Of a stretch of DNA of 64,000 bases, positions 35,300 through 43,767 are shown one piece after another. This stretch comes from an uncultured Gammaproteobacteria bacterium (GTDB lineage Bacteria > Actinomycetota > Acidimicrobiia > Spongiisociales > SHLN01): contig CAXMQV010000127.1 of assembly GCA_964195905.1 (NCBI GenBank), positions 17,681-81,680 on the forward strand, given 5' to 3'. The notes beneath the pieces were generated by a model. That model did no database searches and was not told the origin of the DNA. It saw only the letters and a program-made list of their open reading frames with translations. The stretch's first letter is position 1, and every line of letters begins with the position of its first letter. Position numbers and translations under genes: made by a program.

Positions 35300-36384
35300 T
35301 AGAGGGCGAGAACACCTTCGATTGCTTCGGTCATCTTGACGCGGCGTTGGGTTACCGGGCTGGTGCCGTCAAGGAGAGCCTCTGTGTCGGCGAGAACCTG
35401 CTCGAGGGAAAAGCGTTGCACGGACGGATCTCGGGTGGTCGATCCGCCGCCGACCGCCGGTTCCCAGGCGACCATCTGGTCTGACGCGCCCTCCATCAGG
35501 GCCGACACCGCGGCCAGACCAAAGCGGCCGGCAATCATGCGGTCACGGAAGGTAGGGCTTCCGCCCCGCACGAGGTGTCCCAGCACGGTGGCCCGCACCT
35601 CGACATCTGGCAGATCTTCGGCAACTCGGGCGGCAACGTCACGGGTGAGCCGGGTGGTGGAATAGGCGATGCCCTCGGCTTTGATGATGAGTACTCGCTT
35701 CTTTCCGCGATCGCTCTCGAAGGAAGTTCGAATTACTCGCTCAACGCTGTCGAGCAACTCTGCCTCGGTTCGATGCCGCTCCGGGATGAGCATGGCATCG
35801 GCGGCTGCCGCTACTGCTGATGACATCGCCAGATAGCCCGATTGCCGGCCCATCACCTCCACGATGAAGGCGCGTTTGTGGGCGCGGGCGGTATCGGAGA
35901 TGCGGTCACACGCCTCCACGATCGTGTTGAGAGCAGTGTCGACGCCGAGTGCGTACCGCGTGCAACCAACGTCGTTGTCGATCGAGGCAGGAATGGCGAT
36001 CACCGGAAAGAGGGGTGCGAAGGCGTGGGCGCCGGCCGCCGATCCGTTGCCGCCGATCACAACCAAACCCTCGACTTCGGCGACCCGAAGCCCCTCGGCG
36101 GCTTGCTCACGGTGCTCCGACTGGAGAAATCGCTCACTGCGGCTCGACCCGAGGATGGTCCCGCCCAGCCCACCGGCGGCGTCAACCTCTCGCTGCGATC
36201 GCACCCGATCGGGCCCGAGACGCACTGTGAGGTCGACGAACCGGCCGTCGATCAGACCTTCGTATCCCTGCTCGACGCCGATCACCTCCACGTTGCCGGC
36301 GGCGGCCACCTTCGCCACCGCCCGGAGGGCGGCGTTCATACCCGGGGCATCCCCGCCTGACGTGAGGGCCGCAATGCGTCGCAC
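35299..36384 (-). CDS. pfkA: 6-phosphofructokinase
   Basis: RIAALTSGGDAPGMNAALRAV, GGNGS, MGRQSGYLA. Confidence 0.92.
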   Translation of the reverse strand: MRRIAALTSGGDAPGMNAALRAVAKVAAAGNVEVIGVEQGYEGLIDGRFVDLTVRLGPDRVRSQREVDAAGGLGGTILGSSRSERFLQSEHREQAAEGLRVAEVEGLVVIGGNGSAAGAHAFAPLFPVIAIPASIDNDVGCTRYALGVDTALNTIVEACDRISDTARAHKRAFIVEVMGRQSGYLAMSSAVAAAADAMLIPERHRTEAELLDSVERVIRTSFESDRGKKRVLIIKAEGIAYSTTRLTRDVAARVAEDLPDVEVRATVLGHLVRGGSPTFRDRMIAGRFGLAAVSALMEGASDQMVAWEPAVGGGSTTRDPSVQRFSLEQVLADTEALLDGTSPVTQRRVKMTEAIEGVLAL

Positions 36385-36407
36385 CCCGTGATTGTAGGAG
36401 CTGAGGC

Positions 36408-36662
36408 TCAGGTGAACCGATCGACGCCAACCACATGCACGCCGAGCGCATCCGGAGAGAGCGGATCGGAGTCGACATGGAAGACGAGCTCGGCTCCCTC
36501 GAGAGGCGACCCGGCCACCGCGTTGGTGAAGTGACGCTGCAGCGAGGTCGGCGAGATGTTGGAGAGTGCACCGACACGAATGTGAACCCGGGTAACCGTA
36601 GCGTTCCCGAGATGGCCCTCAGCCTGGGCCAAGAGAGACTGGACGAGTGTCGGCGATGCCAT
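36408..36662 (-). CDS. HypA-like protein lacking the Ni (MHE) and Zn (CxxC) sites
   Basis: 84 aa. Alignable by eye to the HypA N-domain (RVT.V.I.IG.LS.I.P.SL.F.F...G...EGA.L). 23 nt upstream of pfkA. Confidence 0.45.
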   Translation of the reverse strand: MASPTLVQSLLAQAEGHLGNATVTRVHIRVGALSNISPTSLQRHFTNAVAGSPLEGAELVFHVDSDPLSPDALGVHVVGVDRFT

Positions 36663-36739
36663 ACATGGGTATCGACAATCCTCTCGAATCCTGGATGTGA
36701 CTGTGACCTCCTCTCAACCACAAAACCTATGCTTGCTCC

Positions 36740-37159
36740 ATGCGCGTCCTGTTTGTCTGCAGCGGCAACATCTGCCGATCGCCCTTTGCCGAGGCGCTCG
36801 CCCGCGATCGGAGTGACCGGCCCGACCTCGAATTCGTCAGCGCCGGAACGATCGCTCTGACCGGCAACCGGGCCACCATCACCGGGATCGCCGTTGCCGA
36901 CGAGGTCGGCATCGATCTCGGAGATCACCGGGCCACCCACCTCACCGCCGAGGTGCTCGCCGCCAGTGATCTCGTCTATGCCATGGAGGACGAGCACATC
37001 GGCTCGGTGCTCGCGATCGACCCGGCGGCCAGGGTGGAACTCCTCAGCCCCGAAGGTATGCCCATTCCCGATCCCTACGGTGGGGATCCCCTCGAGTATT
37101 CGGCCAGCTACGCCCTCATCGATAAGGCCCTGCAGAAACGGCTGACAAAAGAGGCCTAA
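36740..37159 (+). CDS. low-molecular-weight protein-tyrosine phosphatase
   Basis: VLFVCSGNICRSP P-loop and DPYG motif. Confidence 0.9.
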   Translation: MRVLFVCSGNICRSPFAEALARDRSDRPDLEFVSAGTIALTGNRATITGIAVADEVGIDLGDHRATHLTAEVLAASDLVYAMEDEHIGSVLAIDPAARVELLSPEGMPIPDPYGGDPLEYSASYALIDKALQKRLTKEA

Positions 37160-37212
37160 CGGCCCGGGCAGGCCTGCGGGAATTCCCTAAGCTGGCGTGA
37201 GGAGGCTCATCG

Positions 37213-39000
37213 ATGAAAGAATTTCACTCGCCCGCGTTGGCTACGGTCGCCCCAGACGACAACGCCATTAGTGCCCTGTTTGCCCTGGCCGAGCGCGATC
37301 CAGACCGCTCTGCAATTGCCTACCGGGATGGAGACAAGTTCGTCGACGTCCCGCTCCGTGAGTTCACCGAAAACGTGCGAAAGCTGGCGGCCGGGCTGAT
37401 CTCCCTTGGCATAGAACCCGGATCGAAGGTGGCTCTTCACTGCGGCACCCGCCCGGAGTTCACCTATTTCGACTACGCCATCTGGGCCGCCGGGTGCGTC
37501 ACGGTGCCGATCTATGAGACCTCCTCTGAAGAGCAGGTCGAGTGGATCATCGGGAACAGCGAGGCGGTCGCCGTCATCTCAGAATCCCAGGAGATGAAAG
37601 ACACGTTTGATGCCGTTTCCGCCGGCATCCCCACCTGCGAACATTCAATCGTCATCGAGCACGGTGGCTTCGACCACCTCCTCGAAGCAGGCGCCGCCGT
37701 GGACCCGGCAGAGGTCGACAAGCGCTGGCAATCCATCAAACACGATGATCTCGCCACCCTCGTCTACACCTCGGGGACCACCGGACGCCCCAAGGGCTGC
37801 ATGTTGAGCCACCACAACTTCATCTCTACGACTCGCCAGGTTGTCGCCGGTATGCCCGACATCTTCGATGAGGGCAACTCAACTCTCATGTTCCTCCCCC
37901 TGGCACACATCTTCGCCCGGATCGTCCAGGTCGGCTGCCTCTCGAGCGGCGTCAAGATCGGTTTCTCCACCGGCGTCCCCCAGCTGGTCGAAGAACTTGG
38001 CATGTTCCATCCGACCTGGGTGTTCAGCGTGCCCCGGGTGTTCGAGAAGGTCTACAACAGCGCCCAGCACAAGGCGCACGCGGATGGCAAGGGCAAGATT
38101 TTTGATTACGCCGCCAAGGTCAGCGAGGAGTTCTCTCGCCAGACCCAGGCGGGCCGGGTGAAGCCGCTGACCAAGGTTCAGCACATGATCTTCGACAAGC
38201 TGGTCTACTCCAAGCTGCGCGACGTTTTCGGCGGCAAGGTCCGCTATGCGGTCTCGGGCGGCGCTGCCCTCGGAGAACGGCTCGGCCACTTCTTCATGGG
38301 TGCCGGCATCCATGTGCTCGAGGGCTACGGCCTCACTGAGACCACCGCCGTTTCAACCTTCAATCGACCGGAAGCAACCGAAATCGGCTCAGTCGGATTG
38401 CCGCTTCCCGGCGGTGGGGTCGCCATCGCCGATGACGGCGAGGTCCTGTTGAAGGGCGATCAGATCATGACGGGCTACTACAAGAACGACACGGCCACCG
38501 CCGAGTCGATCAATCCCGACGGGTGGTTCCATACCGGCGACATCGGCGAACTGGATGCTGCCGGCTTCCTCCGGATCACCGGGCGCAAGAAGGAAATCCT
38601 CGTCACCGCCGCCGGCAAGAACGTCGCACCTGCGGTGATCGAGGATCGAATCCGGGCCCACGGCCTCGTGAGCCAGGCGATGGTGGTCGGAGATGGCGAG
38701 AAGTTCATCGCATGCCTCATCACAATCGATCCGGACGCCTTCCCCGAATGGGCCGAAGAGAACGGCAAGGCCGGCAGTAGGATCGCCGACCTCGTTGATG
38801 ACCCGGCCCTGCAGGCAGCGGTGCAAGAAGCCATCGACGAAGGCAACAAGGCGGTATCTCGTGCCGAAGCGGTACGCGAGTTCCGCATCTTGCCGGAGGA
38901 CTTCACGATCGACGGCGGCGAGATGACCCCCACCCTCAAGCTTCGCCGTGCCATCGTCATGAAGAAGTACGCGGGAACAGTTGAGGACATGTACCGATAG
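37213..39000 (+). CDS. long-chain acyl-CoA synthetase (AMP-forming)
   Basis: LVYTSGTTGRPKG, EGYGLTET, TGDIGELD, GRKKE. Confidence 0.92.
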   Translation: MKEFHSPALATVAPDDNAISALFALAERDPDRSAIAYRDGDKFVDVPLREFTENVRKLAAGLISLGIEPGSKVALHCGTRPEFTYFDYAIWAAGCVTVPIYETSSEEQVEWIIGNSEAVAVISESQEMKDTFDAVSAGIPTCEHSIVIEHGGFDHLLEAGAAVDPAEVDKRWQSIKHDDLATLVYTSGTTGRPKGCMLSHHNFISTTRQVVAGMPDIFDEGNSTLMFLPLAHIFARIVQVGCLSSGVKIGFSTGVPQLVEELGMFHPTWVFSVPRVFEKVYNSAQHKAHADGKGKIFDYAAKVSEEFSRQTQAGRVKPLTKVQHMIFDKLVYSKLRDVFGGKVRYAVSGGAALGERLGHFFMGAGIHVLEGYGLTETTAVSTFNRPEATEIGSVGLPLPGGGVAIADDGEVLLKGDQIMTGYYKNDTATAESINPDGWFHTGDIGELDAAGFLRITGRKKEILVTAAGKNVAPAVIEDRIRAHGLVSQAMVVGDGEKFIACLITIDPDAFPEWAEENGKAGSRIADLVDDPALQAAVQEAIDEGNKAVSRAEAVREFRILPEDFTIDGGEMTPTLKLRRAIVMKKYAGTVEDMYR

Positions 39001-39021
39001 ATCGGCTCCGCCGATCTATCG
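38995..39021 (+). terminator. 11-bp hairpin overlapping the acyl-CoA synthetase stop codon
   Basis: CGATAGATCGG-ctccg-CCGATCTATCG. Confidence 0.5.
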
Positions 39022-39024
39022 CTA

Positions 39025-39052
39025 GTCACCGGTCGCCGGTCACCGGTCACCA
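39025..39052. repeat. tandem heptamer array (GTCACCG) x4
   Basis: gtcaccg gtcgccg gtcaccg gtcacca. Confidence 0.9.
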
Positions 39053-39122
39053 GCCTTCCAGAACCTTCGTTCGCGCTTCGGTCGGAGACTCAACGAACTC
39101 AGTGCCCATAGGTCTTCTTGCC

Positions 39123-39150
39123 GGTGACGGGTGACGGGTGACCGGCGACT
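39123..39150. repeat. tandem heptamer array (GGTGACG) x4, inverted relative to 39025-39052
   Basis: ggtgacg ggtgacg ggtgacc ggcgact. Confidence 0.9.
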
Positions 39151-39152
39151 CG

Positions 39153-39183
39153 TCAGTTGATCGGCCGCAGGCCGATCAACTGA
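39153..39183 (-). terminator. 13-bp hairpin overlapping the VIT1 stop codon
   Basis: TCAGTTGATCGGC-cgcag-GCCGATCAACTGA. Confidence 0.5.
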
Positions 39184-39904
39184 TGAAGCTGTCGTATCCG
39201 AGGCCTATGAAATAGCTGACGATGGCGCCGACACCGGCCACAGCGACGTTTTCGAGGCCACTCTTGAGCGGGTTGGTCCTGGTCATCTGGGTCTTGACGA
39301 CGCCAACTATGAACAGGCCGATGGCGGCACCGATGGCAGCCACGATCAGGGCCCGATCCGGGTTGCTCATGAAGGCGAAGGGCAGGACGCTTGGCAGCGA
39401 GCCGGCCAGGAACAACACCCCGGACATGACCATGGCGAACACAGGATTTCGCCGGCCGTCATCGATGACGCCAAACTCGAATGCCTTCATGAGCTCCATG
39501 AGGACTTCGTCGTCGTCGGCGGCCGACTCGACAACCGCCTCGATCGCGGCCGGACCTACCCCGATGTTGCTGAGGTAGTCCCTTACTTCGTCGAGCTCGC
39601 GCTCCTTGTAATACTTGAAGTGTTCTCGCTCGAGTGCCAGCTCGCCGTCGATGGCCTCTTCCTGCGATTTGGTCGCCATGTATTCGCCGGCCGCCATCGA
39701 GACGGCTCCGGCGAAGGCTCCCGCCATGCCGGCCAGCAACACGACATCCGAGTCGACGCCACCGCCGACGACACCCACCACCAGCAGGAACATGGAAACC
39801 AGGCCGTCGTTTACGCCGAGAATGACGTCGCGCAGATACTGTGAGCGGGGACCAAGGTGCTCCCGATATGGCGGGGTTTCTTCGGGGTCGACGGCGGCGG
39901 ACAT
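39176..39904 (-). CDS. VIT1/CCC1-family iron/manganese transporter
   Basis: YLRDVILGVNDGLVSMFLLVVGVVGG plus a ferritin-like cytosolic insert. Start at MSAAVDPEE. Confidence 0.8.
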   Translation of the reverse strand: MSAAVDPEETPPYREHLGPRSQYLRDVILGVNDGLVSMFLLVVGVVGGGVDSDVVLLAGMAGAFAGAVSMAAGEYMATKSQEEAIDGELALEREHFKYYKERELDEVRDYLSNIGVGPAAIEAVVESAADDDEVLMELMKAFEFGVIDDGRRNPVFAMVMSGVLFLAGSLPSVLPFAFMSNPDRALIVAAIGAAIGLFIVGVVKTQMTRTNPLKSGLENVAVAGVGAIVSYFIGLGYDSFIS

Positions 39905-39929
39905 CGGCCTAGATGGTACCGCCCACCCC

Positions 39930-40583
39930 TTACCGGCGGGCATCGAGCAGGGCGAGGGCCCGCGTCATCCAGTCGTACCACGCCTCGGTCATGGCGCCCC
40001 GATCCTCATACTGAGCCGGGTACATGGGCGCGCCAATTGCAATCCTCACCGGATGCCGGCGTAGCTTCAAATCCTCCAATCCCATTGCCTCCCCGGTGCC
40101 CCACAGGGCCATCGGAATGAGCGGGCACCTCGCCCGCATGGCCAGCCAGGCGGCGCCCTGCTTGGGCGGGCTCTCACCCCACGCGCTCACACGCCGACCC
40201 TCGGGGAAGAGAGTGACTCCCCCGCCGGTGCCGAGGTGGTTGAGGGCGGTGCGCATCGACTGGAGCGGTACGGTCCCGCGCGGCATCGGGATCACACCGA
40301 GGTAGTAGGTGAGCGCATCGAAAAACCGCGACCGGCCGAAGAGCTCATCCACTCCGAGGAATCGGGTCGGCCGCTCGGTTGCCACCGCGGCCACGAAGGG
40401 GTCGACGTGGCTGAAGTGGTTGGCAGCGATGACCACCGGACCGGGCGGAATGGCGTTTTCCCCGACCACTTCGAAATCCCACACACGGGGCAATGTGCGC
40501 CACACCGCCCACTGGGCGCCCCGCCATAGGGTGTAGGTGGCGAACGGAAATCCGGGGTCGAACCTGGGCGCTATCACTGACAC
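39930..40583 (-). CDS. 1-acyl-sn-glycerol-3-phosphate acyltransferase family
   Basis: NHFSHVDP (HX4D) and FPEGRR motifs. Confidence 0.85.
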   Translation of the reverse strand: MSVIAPRFDPGFPFATYTLWRGAQWAVWRTLPRVWDFEVVGENAIPPGPVVIAANHFSHVDPFVAAVATERPTRFLGVDELFGRSRFFDALTYYLGVIPMPRGTVPLQSMRTALNHLGTGGGVTLFPEGRRVSAWGESPPKQGAAWLAMRARCPLIPMALWGTGEAMGLEDLKLRRHPVRIAIGAPMYPAQYEDRGAMTEAWYDWMTRALALLDARR

Positions 40584-40622
40584 CTCGCGACTCTAGAATC
40601 CCCAGCCCGGAGGTACGAACGG

Positions 40623-41405
40623 ATGCGCTGGACGAGAACATGGCCACTGCTGCCCATGGCCGCGCTCGGATCAATCATCGGTCAGATCCTCTATGCCGCC
40701 CACCGCCCCGATCTGCCGTCGTACGACAACTATGAAACCTCCGGGGCGCTCGGTGACCCGGGCAAGCCGGGGCTCACGCTGGTGGCGCTCGGCGACAGCT
40801 CCATCACCGCCCCCGGAGTCAATCACATCGACGACGCCTGGATTCGGAAAGTCGCCCACGGTTTGACGGACCGATATTTCGTCCACCTCCGGGCCGTTGC
40901 GGTCGGCGGCTCGAAGGCATCCGACGTGATCGCCGATCAGCTCGGTCCTGCTCTGGAGTTCGAAGCCGACCTCGCCATTGTGTCGGTCGCCGCCAACGAC
41001 GCAATCCGGGGAGTCCCGGTCAGGCGATTTGAGCAGGAGATGGAAGAGATTGTCCAGGCCCTGACGGCAGACGGCACAAGAGTGGTCGTCGTCGGGGTAG
41101 GAGATATCGGGTCGGTACCCCGGCTCCCCCGCTTCCTGCGCTGGTATCTCACCAAGCGATCAGGGCGATTCGATCGGGCTTCCGCCGACGTGGCCGCCCG
41201 TCACGCCGGCGTTGTCAAGGTTGACGTCCGCGGAGACCTATCCGAGGCATTCCGCACTGACCGGATGACGTTCTCCGGAGATCGCTTCCACGCATCGAGC
41301 TACGGCCACGAGCACTTCGCCCACCACATCTCGGTCGCGGTGGATCGCGCTCTTGCCGACATGCCCGGCCCAGGCGGGCGAGGCGTCGAAGAGGCGCCCG
41401 GCTAG
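40623..41405 (+). CDS. SGNH/GDSL hydrolase
   Basis: LVALGDSS (block I), SVAANDA (block III), GDRFHAS (DxxH block V). Confidence 0.8.
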   Translation: MRWTRTWPLLPMAALGSIIGQILYAAHRPDLPSYDNYETSGALGDPGKPGLTLVALGDSSITAPGVNHIDDAWIRKVAHGLTDRYFVHLRAVAVGGSKASDVIADQLGPALEFEADLAIVSVAANDAIRGVPVRRFEQEMEEIVQALTADGTRVVVVGVGDIGSVPRLPRFLRWYLTKRSGRFDRASADVAARHAGVVKVDVRGDLSEAFRTDRMTFSGDRFHASSYGHEHFAHHISVAVDRALADMPGPGGRGVEEAPG

Positions 41406-41680
41406 GCGGCCTCGTTCAATTCTTGATGGTCGGCGCAGTAAGCGTCGCCGCTCTCTCGGACCAGGCAACAGCCCACTGCAACACAGATACACGTCGGTTT
41501 CATAAATCCCTCATCGGCACAACCTCGCGAAAACTTATCGCGAAAAACCAACTTAGATCGCCGAGGCGCCCCGGCGCAAATAGCTTGAACGCACTCCGTA
41601 TTGCTCCGATCACGCATTGTGAGGTCAACGGAAACTGCTCGGCCGCATCCAGGGTCGTTACAACCGGGCCGCGGTGGCAC
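41402..41680 (-). CDS. candidate small Cys-rich protein (33-92 aa depending on start)
   Basis: ORF with 10 Cys. The shortest version is MKPTCICVAVGCCLVRESGDAYCADHQELNEAA (start 41503). It lies in an unusually low-GC spacer and GC3 is only moderate. Confidence 0.3.
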   Translation of the reverse strand: MPPRPGCNDPGCGRAVSVDLTMRDRSNTECVQAICAGAPRRSKLVFRDKFSRGCADEGFMKPTCICVAVGCCLVRESGDAYCADHQELNEAA

Positions 41681-41736
41681 GCGAAGCCCTCAAGGCCCAC
41701 CGCCAGATGGCTCCCGACGGGTTAGCCTGCCGAACG

Positions 41737-43236
41737 ATGACGAGAAACGGCGGAATACTCCTTCATCCAACGAGCCTCCCCGGCCCGTACGGGATCGGCG
41801 ATCTCGGGCCCGAGGCGCACCGCTGGATCGAGTTCCTGGATCAAGCAGGGTGTGGGATCTGGCAAGTACTCCCCCTCGGACCGACCGGCTATGGAGACAG
41901 CCCGTATCAGACGTTCTCAGCCTTTGCCGGCAATCCGTACCTCATTAGCCCAGATGGCCTGATCGACGATGGCTTGCTTGACCCGATTGAACCGCCGGAC
42001 CTATCCGACGGTCCGGTCGACTACGGGGCCGTCATTCCATGGAAGCGCCAGTTGCTGGGGGCGGCCTACCAGCGGATGGTGAGCTGGCCGACCGATCACC
42101 CGATCCGGATCGAGTTCGAGTCGTTCAGACGCGCCGCCCGCGACTGGCTACCCGAATTCGCCACCTTCACGGCGCTCAAGGAGGCCCACAATCTCAACTC
42201 ATGGGCGGAGTGGCCGATTGAGTATCGCGATCGCGAACCGGAAGCGATCCGCCTGGCTGAACTCGACCTGGCCGACGTCCGGGCGCGGGTCGCCTTCGAG
42301 CAGTTCATGTTCTTTCGGCAATGGGGACGGGTGCGGGCCGACGCCCGCCAACACGGTATCCAGATCATCGGCGACATCCCCATCTTCGCGGCCCACGATT
42401 CGGCCGATGTGTGGGCCAACCGGCACCTCTTCTCGATCGGCCACGAGGGGCAGCCGACCGTGGTGGCGGGCGTACCCCCCGACTACTTCTCGGAAACCGG
42501 TCAACTGTGGGGCAATCCGCTTTATCGATGGAGCGTTCACCGCCGCGAGGGATACCAGTGGTGGATCAGGCGGGTGGGGGCCACGCTCGACATGGTCGAC
42601 ATTGTGCGTCTCGACCACTTCCGGGGTTTCTACGACTACTGGGAGGTCCCCGGGGGTTCTGAGAACGCCGTCGAGGGTCGCTGGCGCCGGGGCCCGGCCG
42701 GAGGACTGCTCAGGGCCCTTCGGGACGAGCTCGGCGACCTGCCGCTCATCGCCGAGGATCTCGGCGGTGACATGGGACCCGGTATCCGCCGTCTCCGGGA
42801 ACGGTTCGGTCTGCCCGGGATGAAAGTGACCCAGTTCGCGTTCGGATCGGGACCCGACCACGAGTTCCTTCCCCACAACTACGACAGCGCCAACTGGGTC
42901 GCCTACACGGGAACCCACGACAACGACACGGTGCAAGCCTGGTTCGAGGGTGCGGCCGACCACGAGAAGGAGTACGCCCTTCGCTACACCGCCGCCACTC
43001 CCGAAGACATCCACTGGGCGCTACTGCGCCTGACCTGGTCGTCGATCGCCCATACCGCTGTTGCCCCCCTCCAGGACTTCCTCGGCCTTGGTGAAGAAGG
43101 GCGCATGAACGTGCCGAGCGTGCCCAGCGGCAATTGGCAGTGGCGCTTCACGACCGATCAAGTGGATGACACGGTCGCCGAAATGATCCGATCCCTCAAC
43201 GAGACCTACGGGCGTCTCGCCCAGGGCGCTCTATAG
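41737..43236 (+). CDS. malQ: 4-alpha-glucanotransferase (amylomaltase)
   Basis: Start MTRNGGILLHPTSLPGPYGIGDLG. Also SPYQTFSAFAGNPYLIS, VRLDHFRGF, IAEDLG. Confidence 0.92.
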   Translation: MTRNGGILLHPTSLPGPYGIGDLGPEAHRWIEFLDQAGCGIWQVLPLGPTGYGDSPYQTFSAFAGNPYLISPDGLIDDGLLDPIEPPDLSDGPVDYGAVIPWKRQLLGAAYQRMVSWPTDHPIRIEFESFRRAARDWLPEFATFTALKEAHNLNSWAEWPIEYRDREPEAIRLAELDLADVRARVAFEQFMFFRQWGRVRADARQHGIQIIGDIPIFAAHDSADVWANRHLFSIGHEGQPTVVAGVPPDYFSETGQLWGNPLYRWSVHRREGYQWWIRRVGATLDMVDIVRLDHFRGFYDYWEVPGGSENAVEGRWRRGPAGGLLRALRDELGDLPLIAEDLGGDMGPGIRRLRERFGLPGMKVTQFAFGSGPDHEFLPHNYDSANWVAYTGTHDNDTVQAWFEGAADHEKEYALRYTAATPEDIHWALLRLTWSSIAHTAVAPLQDFLGLGEEGRMNVPSVPSGNWQWRFTTDQVDDTVAEMIRSLNETYGRLAQGAL

Positions 43237-43722
43237 ATAGAGCCCGGAGGAGCCGGCGTCCTTGTCGGACTCCTTAGCGTCGAGGGTGTGGAGGGCTTCG
43301 AGGTTTTGCAGGGCCGATCGCTGTACGGCGACTTGCTGGCCCCAGAGGCTGGCGCGAATGCCATGGAAGAGGCCCTCCAGCCAGCCGGCCAGCTGTGCCT
43401 GAGCGACCCGCACCTCCGCCTCGGACGCCCCCTCCTGAAGAGGGAGTACCACCATGTCGAGCTCGTCGCGCAGCTCATCGGACATGATCTCTCGCAACGA
43501 CTCCAGGGTCCGACTGTGAACGTTCTGAAGACGGGCGACGGCGTGGTCGTCGAGCTCGATACCGCGTACCTCGACGAGCATCGCCTGGGTCATCGAGGCA
43601 ATCCGGACCAGCTTGAGCGGCTCGGAAACCATCGGCTCATCGGGCTCGACAACGTCCTCGCCAACGACTTCAGGCGCGGGCGGTGGGAGGATCTCGGACT
43701 CGGGTATCTCGCTGTCGGTCAC
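43231..43722 (-). CDS. bpa: bacterial proteasome activator Bpa/PafE
   Basis: RVAQAQLAGWLEGLFHGIRASLWGQQVAV matches remembered M. tuberculosis Rv3780 (RIAQAQLVGWLEGLFHGIQTALFAQQMAA). The C-terminus is GLYL, against the canonical GQYL. Confidence 0.85.
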   Translation of the reverse strand: MTDSEIPESEILPPPAPEVVGEDVVEPDEPMVSEPLKLVRIASMTQAMLVEVRGIELDDHAVARLQNVHSRTLESLREIMSDELRDELDMVVLPLQEGASEAEVRVAQAQLAGWLEGLFHGIRASLWGQQVAVQRSALQNLEALHTLDAKESDKDAGSSGLYL

Positions 43723-43767
43723 GGTTCAGATGCTAGCCAGGGCGCTGGATTGCCCCGGGGCAGCGAA

